NCBI RefSeq assembly: GCF_018977255.1
Contig: NW_024704743.1
Location: 28,026,001-28,090,000 of the forward strand
Reading direction: 5' to 3'
From: Callorhinchus milii
Lineage: Eukaryota
DNA: 64,000 bases
Of this stretch, positions 39,323 to 51,753 are shown in pieces. The translations under genes and the position numbers were made by a program. The notes under the pieces are model-generated. The model searched no databases, had not been told where the DNA came from, and saw only the letters and a list, made by a program, of their open reading frames with translations. Position 1 is the stretch's first letter. Each line of letters opens with the position of its first letter.

Positions 39323-39652
39323 GTGGAGTCCTGTAGCTATAGCTCAGTGGTTAGAGCACTCGCTTTGCAAGTGAGAGACCTGAGTTCAATTCCAGGCAGA
39401 GGGCGAAACCTTGGGCAAGTTTCCTTACTCCACACAGAGCCTAATAATCCCTCCAAAACAAAACAATAATAAATTGGTCATTTTCAATCTACGACTGTTT
39501 GTGGGACATTGCTGTGCGCAATTGGCTGCCGCGTTCGCCCACAAATATACAGTCAATTCACTTTACAGTGTGTTCTGTGAAGCGCTTTGGGACGTCCTCC
39601 CGACGTGAAAAGCGCTATACCAAATGCAAGGATTATTATTATTATTATTATT
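39323..39652 (+). mobile_element. Young full-length tRNA(Ala)-Deu SINE, short form with L2-type tail
   Basis: Head has ctcgc-tTTGCAA-gtgag (TGC anticodon position); nearly identical to 49096-49412 and 50027-50350. Confidence 0.92.
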
Positions 39653-40020
39653 TGTTGTAGCAGCTTTCATGTCAGGAGGATGACTCAAAATGCTTCACAA
39701 AGATTTACTGTGAGTGGAGTGACTGGCTTTTCTAGGCAAATGTGGTGGACACTTTGCACGCAGCAATGTCCCACAAACAGACATGAAGTGAAAGACCAAT
39801 TTTATTTGTGAGAATGTTGACCAGAACATCAGGAGAAACTCCCTTCTCTTAGTGCCATGAGATCTCTAACATTCACCTGAACAGACTGATAAAACTTGGT
39901 TTAATGTCTCGTTACTGCATTGGAGTGCCAGCCTAGACTGTATATGAGTTCCAAGTCCTGGGGCTTAAACCCACAATATTTTAACCAAGGCGAGATGCTA
40001 CCAACTGATCCAGGCTGAAC
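39653..40020 (-). mobile_element. Old Deu-domain SINE
   Basis: gcagcaatgtcccacaaacag core and gtgccatgagatct..cacctgaacagac; similar copies at about 44110-44360 (-) and 60130-60480 (+). Confidence 0.65.
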
Positions 40021-43000
40021 ACACGATGATCGTGGGTCTCAATTTTCATGCCATGAGTTCTTTTTAAATTCCTACTGATTCCTTCCCTTAAATTCCTTCC
40101 CTATTCTCTCAGTTGTTCTGACTAATATCACTTCCTCATCAAAATTGATCCAATTGGCAGCAGCCAATTGTACGCAGCAGTGTTTGGTAAACAGAGGTGT
40201 GTGGAGTAAGGAACTTGCCTTAGGTTTTGTCCCACCCGTTAATCGAACCTGGGTCCTCTCGCTTACGAAGCAAATGCACTAACCACTATGCTACGGGACT
40301 CCATTGTCTCCATTGGAGATTAATTGGTCTCTCATCTCATTGTTATTTGCAGGAAGTTTCTGGTACAAATTCTTGAAGGCTTTCTGGTTATGCTTGAAGG
40401 CTAGTTGAGGAAGGGCAGGAGAAGGCTCATGTGGAGCATAAACACCGGCATAGACCAGTAGGGCCAAATGGCCTTTTTCTGTGCTGTATATTCTAATGTA
40501 AATGAACTGCTAGTTCTGCCAAAGTAATTTGATTAACCTTCCTTTAAATTATTTTTGAAAATTTCAATTTAATGCTGAGAAAACCCTTTTCTCCCCGTGC
40601 CTGGGACTATTTATATCAAATGCAAAGACAATAATAATTAAATACATTTCACTCTTATTATTAAATAAATCTTTCTATTGTGAAATCCACTTCATAAAAA
40701 CAGTGAAGCAGAGTGCTATTTTTAGCGATTAGACCGCATTAGTCACCAATCTGCCAATGTTAGAAAATCAGCAGAAACCTGATAGACCTACATAAGACAC
40801 ATCAGTACGAGCTAGTGGGGGAGTTTGGCAGAGATTACTCAAAAGGACTGACCTTCGAGTTGAGAGTTGGAGACTCAGCTGGTCTCCAGATATGGACCCA
40901 CCTGAGTGGGGAAACACTGGTTGCCAGGTGTTTATGAAAGTTTCCTATCCACTTTATTGTAGAAAGAAAAAAATAATTTACACCATAAAATCTCTGCTGC
41001 GTTCCTGAAAATATTTTATAGCCCTTGGAGTCGTTGGAGAGCAGAATTTGCCAGTTCCTGCAAATCAATGTAGTGAGAGTTCATCAGTGTGCCATAAAAA
41101 ATGACAGGTCTCAGCTTGAAAAATAGCACCAGTGGATCCCCAGATATTGCAGTCTGAGGAACGGCATATCGAGAAGGTCCTATTTCTACATGTTTCATAA
41201 CTATTGGGGGAGGGTGCAAAAAGCGGGGAAGGGCATTGCCTGTTAACACTTAATTTTCGCAAGTCAAACAATACTGGACAGGGTGCTGAATGCTGTTGTG
41301 GGACACTGACCCGGGATGATTTATTTCCCCCCCCCTGGAGGGGAGCATATATGCGTTTGGAACTCTGAATAATAACTGAGCAAATACAGAGGCTGAAAAT
41401 ATATCATCTGCTACGGTGACATTTGCTTGCAAAAATGCCCTAATGTTGGCCGAACAGTTTCTGGCAGCCATTAATTGTGGAGGAATGGCCATTTTTACAA
41501 ATGCTTTAACTCTTCAAAGACTACATTGGTGTTCCGTTACTGTAAAGCGTTCTGAGATGGCGTGGAGGGCGCTATATAAATCCAAGTTGTTGTTGTTTTA
41601 AAAATAAAAAAAACTGTAACAAGATCCCATTCTGTTTAATTTCTTCCCAGTATAATGCAAGTGGCTGATTGTGTTTGCTTATTTTGGCAATCTTATTTTA
41701 TAAGATTTAATATTACCATTTTACACTAAAATCCCAACCCCCAGCTCAGGGCCAAGTCCCTGACAGTCCCGTGCCTTGGGACATCCTCCCGACTGGAAAG
41801 GCACTATACATATGTTGTTGGTCTAAATTCATTTTTCGAGCTGTTATACAAAAGAAGTATGACCTGTGTTCTATGAGGTGAAGGGTTAAAGAAATGTCTA
41901 TTCTTTTTGGAGCCGGGGAAATGATGGTTTAACCTCGTTTGGACAGGCGCTGTAAACAATCGGGTCTAAACTATGGGAGCCACTAAAGGATTTGTAAATA
42001 GCGAATCCCGGATACGTTGCAGCCAAACCTCTGGAACTCTGCTTGGGCGCCAACTTCAGGAAAGCGATTGGCATCCGAGAAGGGGTCCAAAATTGCGGTC
42101 ATAACACATACAAGATTTGCTTGCTACAAATTGTTTGGCAAATTATATAAGCTTTGCAGAAGTGTTGCATAAAGGATTTAAACAGTAAACATCAGGGATT
42201 TAAACAGTACACAAGAGAGACTTAGCAAGACACATAGTTGTGGTTAATCGTCATTGGAACAACAAAGGGAATGTGTGTGCAAGCATGGTTCTCAGTTTGT
42301 TCCACTGGACATTGGTTCACAGGTTTCTACAAGGAAGTACAGATTGAGAGAGTTAGAGATATCAACTCACATGCCTGCTGCGTTGCATGCAGGAAAGTCA
42401 ACAGTGAGGATTCAGATTTCTTATTAACACAAGTGAACCCTGTTGAGTGATTAGAAATGTGGCTTCCAGATTTATGGCTTTCTCATGGCACTTCCTGAGT
42501 TTGAATTTGACCAGTTTAGGAAGTGGTCAGCCTGGAAGCTGGGCTCCTCTGTCAGACACCAATATAACATCTAATTTCACATGTCTCCATTGCCACCTCT
42601 TCTTGGATGGGCTACAGACCAAGGGTAAGGTGGGAAGAAGTTCTGTCAAACTCAGTGCTAGACTCTGGAAGCTGGTTAAAGATTGGCATCAACACTGAGG
42701 GTGAAGCTTCAGTTCTGCCAGGTCAGATACCAGAGAGTGTTCAGCTCCTTATACTCGGCCTGTACCAAAATGTGCTTCAGACTGGCGTTTAGCAGAGCAG
42801 CCAATGCAGCTCTGCAACAATTTACTTCAGCAGCTCTCTGAGTGAACTTGACAAATTGGTGCTGAATTACAAGAACAACAACTTGCACTTCTATAATACA
42901 TTTTCATGTAGGAGGAACCGAGGGATCGATGAGTTTTATGAGAATCGCAGAAAGGAGAGGGAACTGGAGGTGGTCAAAGAGAGCGATTTATAAAAATTCT

Positions 43001-45009
43001 GAAGCAGAGACAGAAAGCAAAATACAGTGACATTCTGGGAACATTCCAGAGAGCATAAGCATAGTAGCAGAAGGCTTTGCCACCTAAAGTGGGGCCTAGG
43101 AAGCAGGAATGAGCACTCGACCAGAGTTACAAATGAGCCATTATGATGCCCATCATGACGCCCATTCTTTTTATGCTGGATCCTTGCAGTGAAGAGATAT
43201 TCCACCACGCTTGAGCTAGATTTAAATCCAAATCCCAGGTCTGAAAGGACAATGTGCTGAACTGACTGAGGAACTCGGTCAGTCCACATCAGACAGCTCA
43301 GATCAGAAATTAAACTGAAAAATGGCAAATCCTGGAAATCTGAAATAAAAACAAAAAAATCCCAGTCAACAACTAAAAGAGTACAAAAACAACTCAACAT
43401 TTCAGGCAGGGCCTTGTCCTGAAGCTGATTGACTTGCTGTGAATTTCTGTTTTTATTCCCATCCGAAAGTACTTTTATTTATAATATATTGCATTTAAGA
43501 TTTACTGTCCAAACACAATATTTTCACAGTGTATTTAAGTGCATTCGCAGTATATTTAATCTGGTATACTCTGCAGTGTATTTTATTAGCAGTGGTTCCT
43601 GATCCCCCATCAAACCAGCTAAATCCATCACATTGTTCACCCGAAACAGCTGCTGAAGGCTTGCCAGAGGTTATTGATTTCATTCATTATTTTCTCCTTG
43701 TTTAAATTGTTCTCCTTCTTCCTCCTCCCCTGCACTCCCATGGGTGTCATTTATCCCCAGATGACCCCTCATAGGGAAGGATGTAAAATGCTACTGCTCA
43801 GCATGCCCAGGTATTGCCTTACAGTTACACACTGGCGGAAAGCAGAGCCAAAATATATCATGTTTGCAGTGAAGTGGCCACACAAGTGGGAATATAATGA
43901 AAATGGTGGCCAAGGAAACTTGTATAAATGCAAGATAAAACAGAAACAACCAGCAGACGCCTCCTCTCAAAAGAATCGGCATGTCAGCTGTGTATTATTT
44001 TGCTTTCAAAGAAAGTTTCGACAGGCTCACATTTTTTACATTTACTTTGGGTCTGGGTCAGTTTAACATAAGAAAATAATAATAATCACAGCGAAATCCT
44101 GTCCAGTAAAGTAACTGTATTTTTAGCAGACGCTGCAGGCCATTTGTACACAGCAACGTGCCACAAAAGTCATGAAGTGAATGGTTATTTTATCTGCAGG
44201 ATTGCAGGTTCTGCAAGATTTTTGAATGGTGTCATGGGATCGTTAATGTCCACTTGAACAGGCAGACAGGACCTCAGTTTAACGTCTCATTTGAAGTACC
44301 TCTAACAAAACAGAACTCCCCCAGTACTGCATTGGAGTATCATCTTAGACGATGACCTCAGGAGGTGATCAATTAAGTTAATTGATCCATCAAGCCTGTA
44401 TCTTTACTTAAATCCTCCCTCCTCTCTCTTGCTTGGCATCTGACCGCTCCACTGTGAAGTATCTGAGGCATTGTCTGTCCTTTATGAAGAGCACTATATT
44501 TGAGGAAAGTTGTTAATGTATGTTACTGTGGTCTCCAAACACCCATTAGCTCCTGGGGGAAAGTTCACAAAAATACTCCCTGTTCACCAAAGGTAATCCA
44601 TTTAAAACTCCTGCAAAGTGATGTATCTTGTCATCTCAACTATTCAAGCCTGACTTCCTTGGCTCCCCAGACAATTTCCTTCTCCCTCTCAACATTTCCC
44701 CCACTCCTTCCCCCATCCACCCCCACCCCCCCAAGCGGGATAATACTGAGTCCATTGGGCCCTATGGATAATTTGTTCATCTCAATCTGCATCTATCTCT
44801 ATGAACTCTAATGCCTTCCAATACCAAGCATACTTTACACAGAAAGACTCAGAACTCAGAACTGATTTTTTTTCAAAATCTGTTCCACATATCCACTTAC
44901 TCTCTAATCTTCCTTTAGTCTTCCATGTGGTCAGGCTGGTTCAGGTGGTAGCACTCTCATCTCATCTCTGAATCAGAAGTTTGTGGTTTCAAGCCCCATG
45001 TCAGGACTT

Positions 45010-45395
45010 GCAAGATGACCGAAGGCAAAGTCAAAAAGGAAGGTCTTGAGGCGGACCTTTGAAGGAGGCAAGGGAGGGGATGGGGGGGGGCAAGATCGAA
45101 GGCTCAGGGACGGAGGTTCAGAAGGTGGGAGCAAAAAGGCTGAAGGCCCGACAATTCATGGTGGGGTAGGCATGGCGAGGGACATGAAGCAGGACAGTGC
45201 CTGTTGAGCAGAGCGAATGGGCGTGTTGCAGAGGTAGGATGGGGCAAGACTGTAGAAGGTTTTAAAAGTGAGGATGAGGATCTTGAACTTGATCCTCTGG
45301 GGGATGGGGGACATGCGAGGATGGAGGTGAAAGGCTCTCGAAGCTTGGTGCAGGAGAGGACACGAGCTGCAAAGTTCTGAATAATCTGCAATAAC
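45010..45395 (-). mobile_element. L2 LINE 3' fragment
   Basis: QIIQNFAARVLS and IPQRIKFKILILTFK..LAPSYL peptides. Confidence 0.8.
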
Positions 45396-46303
45396 CTTGG
45401 TAGATATATATGCCACAGATGTATAGATGAACAATGGTCATTTATGTGGCACTAAGTTATACCAATGAGACAGTTCAAACCCTGATCTGTAGAGTAAGTT
45501 GATCTCAGCCAGGGAGATTATCCACAGGCCCTTAATATGGCTTTCTATAAGTTACTGGAGTGCCAGAGAGTAGAGCTTCCCGTGTTGTTTTATGTCTAGC
45601 ACTTGGGAATGATGTGTTTTCTTTGCAGCATTGGCTGTACATGAGGCAGACCGCGTGTCTGCACTGGCTCAGAGAAAGAGTCTGTTTTCACTTAAGTCTG
45701 AAATTAATGTAAGCAATTTAATATACTGTATGTACAGATCAGGTTAAAAAATAGATCAACTTGAGCACTGGCCCTCACACATAATTACCTGATGGAGAGA
45801 TTAATACATTGCACTGCTAGCCACTCATACCAGAGCCTTCCACTCTCTTGAGGTGTAAGGAGAGGTTGGAATGGTTCATGTCTGCTGGGGGCAGGTGTCC
45901 TGGTGGCACATTTCCTGAGTTCCAGCTGCCAATGTGTACCAAAGTGCACAAAGCCTCTGTGTTCAGTTCTACGATTTCCAAAAGCCTATATGGTAAGATC
46001 ATTATTCCTCTTGCGGTGCAACGTTTCCTTATGCAATTAACTGACTTTCTGTAGTTATTCTTAATGCCTTCAGAGATATCAAAGACATACCCCCCCACCC
46101 GCACACCCACTTTCCTTTACTCTTCTGCTCCATTGCAATATGGCATTAAAACTATTAAGCTTTTTCCTTTCAAGAATAACAGCCTTCCTGTAGGATTCTC
46201 CTCAGCAATAAATCAGAGAAATACAGAATAATGAAAAGGCAGAGAGGAGCTGCAATGCCGTGGCACAGTCAAGGGGCTCAGTGGGGGACAGCCTACACAG
46301 TGG

Positions 46304-47450
46304 CTTCACTTTGTCTCCTCAAATGGTTTTTCCTCCGGCCCCCGCACTGTCTCGTGCGGTGTCCCTCCGGGCTCTGTCCTCGGTCCCCTCCTCTTCACCC
46401 TCTACATGCTCCCCCTTGGTGACATCATCCGCAGACATGGGGTTAACTTCCACATGTATGCGGATGACACCCAACTCTACCTTTCCTCCTCTACCCTCAA
46501 CTCCATGACCACCGATGTCCTGACAGCCTGTCCGACATCGAGTCCTGGACGAGAGATAACTTTTTCCAGCTCAACGTACGCAAAACTGAGGCCCTCCTGA
46601 TTGGCTCACGTCAGCGCCTCCGCACCTCAGGCGCCGACACCATCAGCATCCAAGGCTGCACTCTCCACCTCTCAAAGCCAATCATGAACCTCGGCCTTCT
46701 GTTCGACCCTGAGCTGCCCTTTCTCCCTCATATCCGCACCACAACTGGCACCGCCTTCCATCACCTCCGGAACATCGCCAGACTACGGCACTACCTCACC
46801 CCTCACGCTGCTGAAACTCTGGTCCACGCCTTCATCACCTCAAGGCTGGACTATGGGAACTCTCTCCTCGCCGGCCTTCCCGGCACCTCCCTCCACAAGC
46901 TGCAGGTCATTCAGAACTCTGCAGCTCGTGTACTGTCCCGCACCAGGCTTCGGGACCACATCACTCCCACCCTCGCTCGCCTCCACTGGCTCCCCATCCC
47001 CCAGAGGATCGAATTCAAGATCCTCACCCTCACCTACAAGGCCATTCACGGCCTTGCTGCCTCCTACCTCTCCGACCTACTATCCCCCTACCTACCCGCC
47101 CGTACCCTCCGTTCCTCTGGCTCCGGTCTGCTCCACATCCCCCGCCCCAACCGCCCTACTATCAGTGGCCGGGCCTTCAGCCTCTCAGCCCCTAGGCTCT
47201 GGAACTCTATCCCCCAGTGCCTTCACCGCTTCCTCCCTTTCCTCCTTCAAGGCCGGTCTCAAGACCTTTCTCTTCGACCGTGCCTTCAGCTCCCCTCTCG
47301 ACTCTCTACCCCCTCCTCGCTCCCTCCCTTCCCTCCCCTCACCCTGACCATTTCCCCCTGCTCGGGTCCTGACCCAACTGTACAGCGCCTTGGGACGTCC
47401 TCCCGACGTGAAAGGCGCTCAATAAATGGAATCTTGTTGTTGTTGTTGTT
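46304..47450 (+). mobile_element. Young 5'-truncated L2 LINE (RT C-terminal half and 3' UTR)
   Basis: [29 protein letters not shown] and LHWLPI motifs; stem-loop tail plus (ttg)n; highly similar to 54053-55243. Confidence 0.95.
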
Positions 47451-48002
47451 AAATCCTTCCTTCATTGCTGTTTGTGTACACAGTGCAATTTTCAGTGTAA
47501 TTCATAGCGGTTCTTAAAACCTGATACTCACTAATCTTCAATGTGGATCCTTGAGAATGACAAGATCAAGTACCTGTTACCAGCATTGCAATCTAAGCAA
47601 GTGCACGATATGATCAAATAACGGACAGATTTGTATTGCATGGTTATTTCGGTTCAAGGCACGTCTCTCCTCTTCGACCATGCTTTCGGTCACTCTTCTA
47701 CCCCTACTTTCCCTGCCCTCCACCCTTCCTGATCCCAACCCCCTGCTCGAGTCCAAATCCCTGACTGTCCAACGCCTTGGGACATCATCCCGACGTGAAA
47801 GGCGCTCTGCAAATGTAATTTGTTGTTATTTTGGTTTAGAGCAATAATAATAATAATCCTTGCATTTGATAGCCTTATCACTTCATTGAGACATATCAAA
47901 GAACTTCACAGAGTGTATTGCAAAGTTGATTGACTGTGTATTTTGCGGGTGAAAAGAGTAGGAAGACAAAATACTTGCTACCTTATGCAGATTGCAATTA
48001 TT

Positions 48003-48068
48003 ATTGTTAATAAATGTACAGAATAATTGACTCCAATTGTTAATAAATGTACAGAATAATTGACTCCA
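48003..48068 (+). repeat. Exact 33-bp tandem duplication
   Basis: attgttaataaatgtacagaataattgactcca twice in tandem. Confidence 0.95.
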
Positions 48069-49095
48069 ATCTGAATGTCAACTGAACTGAATCTAAAAAG
48101 CAAAGTTTTTATATTACAGTGGGGTCACAAAGCAAATTGATTTCAAACAAGATTCCTGATTTAAACCCACCTAAATGATTGGAATTAGAAATGACCACAT
48201 TTTAAACCCCAATATAAGAATCCAAGTTAAACAATGCTTTTATAAGAGAAAGGAGATTATTCCGATGTCCTGGCTAGAATCTTCCAGATAAAATTGGCCA
48301 GTCACTCCATGACTATTTGTGGGACAGCAACACACATTGCTGTGTGGAAACTGGCTACTGCATTTGTCTACAAAAGATATAAACAGTTAACACACTTTAC
48401 AGTACATCCTATAAAGAGCTTTGAAACATCTTCCAGACTTGAAGGCGCTATATCAAATGTAAGGGTAATTTTGTTTTATATGTAGGCTGTTTTATATATA
48501 ATCGTCTATCTCTTTAGTAAATGTTCCCCACTTTAAAGATGTCAAAAACTAGATTGGGAATTTTAAAGTGTGTGGGCCTAAAAGTTACCTTTTCCAAGTT
48601 TAATTGAAGGCAGCTGCTATGGAATGCTAATATGGGTATTTAAACATTTTTTGGTTAGCTTTAACTTTGATCAATAAGGTGGAGAGACATCCTATGTATA
48701 ATTCTACAGAAGGTTAAGCTCAGCACAAAGTTCAACCCACAGATCTAAGCTCTCAGAAATTTATTACAAATTTAAGTGTTAAAATGACATTTACATAAAC
48801 CTTATTGCAAGACATCCAGATGTTTGTAAACATTTTGTTGGACCAGCATCTCTTTATCAGTAAAACATTTAAAAACTAAACGTTTCCAAACCAAATCAGC
48901 CAGTGGTTATTGTTCATGTTAATTGTTTTATCTGTAGAGATGGGAACATTTTGTGTTGTTTCTTAACAGATTTCTTAAGAAGAAATGTTTAATTATCGAA
49001 ATTCTAAAACATTGAATGTGGTGAAGAATGCATTCTCTCACGCATTTGATATTTTACTGATTTGATAATTACAGTTTTCTTCCTAAAACATCTTT

Positions 49096-49412
49096 GTGGA
49101 GTCCTGTAGCTCAGTGGTTGAGCACTCGCTTTGCAAGCTAGAGACCTGAGTTCAATTCCAGGCAGGGCGAAACCTTGGGCAAGTTTTCTTACTCCACACG
49201 CCTAATAATAATCCCTCCAAAACCAAAAACAATAATAAATTGGTCATTTTCAATCCACGACTGTTTGTGGGACATTGCTGTGCGCAATTGGCTGCCGCGT
49301 TCGCCCACAAATATACAGTCAATTCACTTTACAGTGTGTTCTGTGAAGCGCTTTGGGACGTCCTCCCGACGTGAAAAGTGCTATATCAAATGCAAGGATT
49401 ATTATTATTATT
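49096..49412 (+). mobile_element. Young full-length tRNA(Ala)-Deu SINE, short form
   Basis: Head, Deu core, gggacgtcctcccgacgtgaaa tail and (att)n. Confidence 0.92.
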
Positions 49413-50026
49413 AAACAAATATTGCAAGTTAGACCTGAATATTTGGCATTCAATGGAGGAGGCACACAGTAGGCAACTTTATGTAGAACTATTGAAATTA
49501 GTGCAGCTCTGGAGGCAGATACAGGATGGGAGGACAGGTTAGCAAGAATGAGATAACAGTAACTTCAACTTAAAGATTTGACACTAAATACCAGGATTGT
49601 TGACTGGTCTGTGCTAACTGAGCTAATCATATCCGTGATGCCTTAGGTTCTCTGTAACTACCCTCAACATCCCTGGTCTGCAGAGTGGAAGGAGTAATCC
49701 CAAAGGAGATCTGTCTTAATTGCTCTCTTGTGACCCCTGCTGGAAATGGTGTATGGTTGGTTGGTAAGGCCAAGCTTGGGCTGGGCTGTCCTCCACAATC
49801 AAATAGCTTTCTACTGCTCCCTGCACAGATATATAGATATGAATGGCCATTTACCTAAGAGCTGACACATGGAACTGTAGCACATCAGGGGTTAGTAGCA
49901 TCATAGTCGGAGTGGAGAAATTGTGGAGTAGCAAGGAGGAAATAGAAGCAATGTCCAATTGTAATAATAATACTTACATTTGGTATAATGCCATTCACGT
50001 CAGGAGGATGCTACAAAGTGCTTCTT

Positions 50027-50350
50027 ATAATAATAATAATAATAATCCTTGCATTTGATATAGCGCTTTTCACGTCAGGAGGACGTCCCAAAGCGCTTCA
50101 CAGAACACACTGTAAAGTGAATTGACTGTATATTTGTGGGCGAACGCGGCAGCCAATTGCGCACAGCAATGTCCCACAAACAGTCGTAGATTGAAAATGA
50201 CCAATTTAATTATTGTTTTTGGTTTTGGAGGGATTATTATTAGGCGTGTGGAGTAAGGAAACTTGCCCAAGGTTTCGCCCTGCCTGGAATTGAACTCAGA
50301 TCTCTCACTTGCAAAGCGAGTGCTCTAACCACTGAGCTACAGGACTCCAC
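50027..50350 (-). mobile_element. Young full-length tRNA(Ala)-Deu SINE, short form, inverted
   Basis: Reverse complement is nearly identical to 49096-49412. Confidence 0.92.
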
Positions 50351-50422
50351 AGGGGTAAATATGGAGGCATATTTACAGGACTTCTTAGCCTACAGGACTT
50401 CTTAGGGTAAATATGGAGGCAA

Positions 50423-50700
50423 GTAGTGTAGTGGTTAGCCTCGCAAGCGAGTGGACCCGGGTTCGATTCCCAGACAGGGCAAATCCCTAGGCAAGTTTCC
50501 TTACTCCACACGCTTCAGTTTACCTAGCAGTAAGCAGGAACCCCATTGTTTAGTCGATTAGCAGATCGCTTTCTGGGGGTGATAATCCCTCCAAAAAATA
50601 AAAGTAAAGAATAATTTGATAATTCTATCCATGACTATTTGTGGGATACTGCGGTACTCAATTAGCTGCTGCGTTTCACCCACAAAATGCACAGTCACTT
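50423..50700 (+). mobile_element. tRNA-Deu SINE, long form, 3'-truncated, head-to-head with the previous copy
   Basis: B box ggttcgattcc, middle segment tacctagcagtaagcaggaac, Deu core. Confidence 0.8.
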
Positions 50701-51447
50701 CAAGTTCAGTAACGCTGTTTTACCAAAGCTGGAACAGGTGAAAATCCCACCATTGTGTCTGTTTGAAATGGTAACTTTATCATGGGTTTCATTACCTCCT
50801 CCCAAGCAGAGAGGATGGCTCTGTGACTTCTACGTGCCAATGATAAGTTGCCAATCCACTTCTGTGTCCATCTCTCACTCTCTGGTTTGGATGCCTACTG
50901 GCATGCGCCATTTGGTTTCATCGCATGTAACTTCCACCCTTTGAATAGGAAAGGTTAAGTGACCAAAGGACTCCAATGTATCAACAATGGAGCAATGGTA
51001 CATACATCCATTCTGTAATTCTCCACGTGGTGGTTTCCCAATGTTAACCATCTGTGTGTGGATATCTCCCACAGGGAGAGAAGAGTTAAGGGTCAGTAAT
51101 GCCAGATCACTCTTAGCTGCTGCTAGGAGAATGACATTGGCAGCAGCCTGAGAGCAGATCCACTGACTCTCCTCATCACTTCAGCATTTAAAAAAAACAA
51201 GGGAAAATACATTACCAAAAAAAGGAGGAAATAAGATAAATGATAGAAAGTGCAAGTAATCTAAATTTAAATTTTTAATATTCTACTGTGGATTGCAGAA
51301 TCAAAGTTTTAAAACGTTCCTGTCTTTTTGCTCAGTAACTTTTACTTGTACCAATAAAACAGATGGCAGCATGCAGTACATAACTAACATTGAAGTGCTA
51401 CAGCTTTAAGAGTATCTAAGCACCCCTCCTCCTTCTCTTCCTGTTAG

Positions 51448-51753
51448 CCTCTGCCAGTGAGAAGGAGCCTGAACCTGAGCCAGAGCCCGAGCCTGAGCTG
51501 GAGCCTGAATCAGAAGCTGAACGAGAAACGGAGGGGGCCACAGAGACAAGAGCCGCAGAGCTGGGACCGGAGCTGGAGAACGAGCAGGGACCTGAGCGCG
51601 ATGCGGAGGAGAATGCGTTGCTGAGCGAAAAGGAGAGGCAGAATGAGGAAGTGAATGAGAAAGACAACTGCTCAGCATCCAGCATCTCTTCAGCCAGCAG
51701 CACTTTAGAAAGAGAAGAAAGGGAAGACAAAGTGACCAGTGACAATGAAAACG
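51448..51753 (+). CDS. FHOD3: FHOD3 internal exon H (306 nt, phase 1-1): SASEKEPEPEPEPEPELEP...LSEKERQNEEVNEKDNCSASSISSASSTLEREEREDKVTSDNEN
   Basis: Translated by hand because it is absent from the + ORF track (no start codon). Acceptor ctgttAG|, donor ACG|gtaacc. Matches the recalled human [37 protein letters not shown]. Confidence 0.94.

Noticed and set aside
39323..39402. tRNA-Ala-like sequences
   Set aside because: They are SINE heads fused to the Deu body and lack a paired acceptor stem; not tRNA genes.
45834..45992. Possible phase-1 exon ending at TATG|gtaaga
   Set aside because: Weak pyrimidine tract, and the only phase-compatible acceptor I found creates TAG at the junction with exon G.
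49175..49414. Recurrent short ORFs such as MGKFPYST..., also at 15351, 39411 and 50070
   Set aside because: Translations of SINE copies starting from non-ATG codons; not genes.
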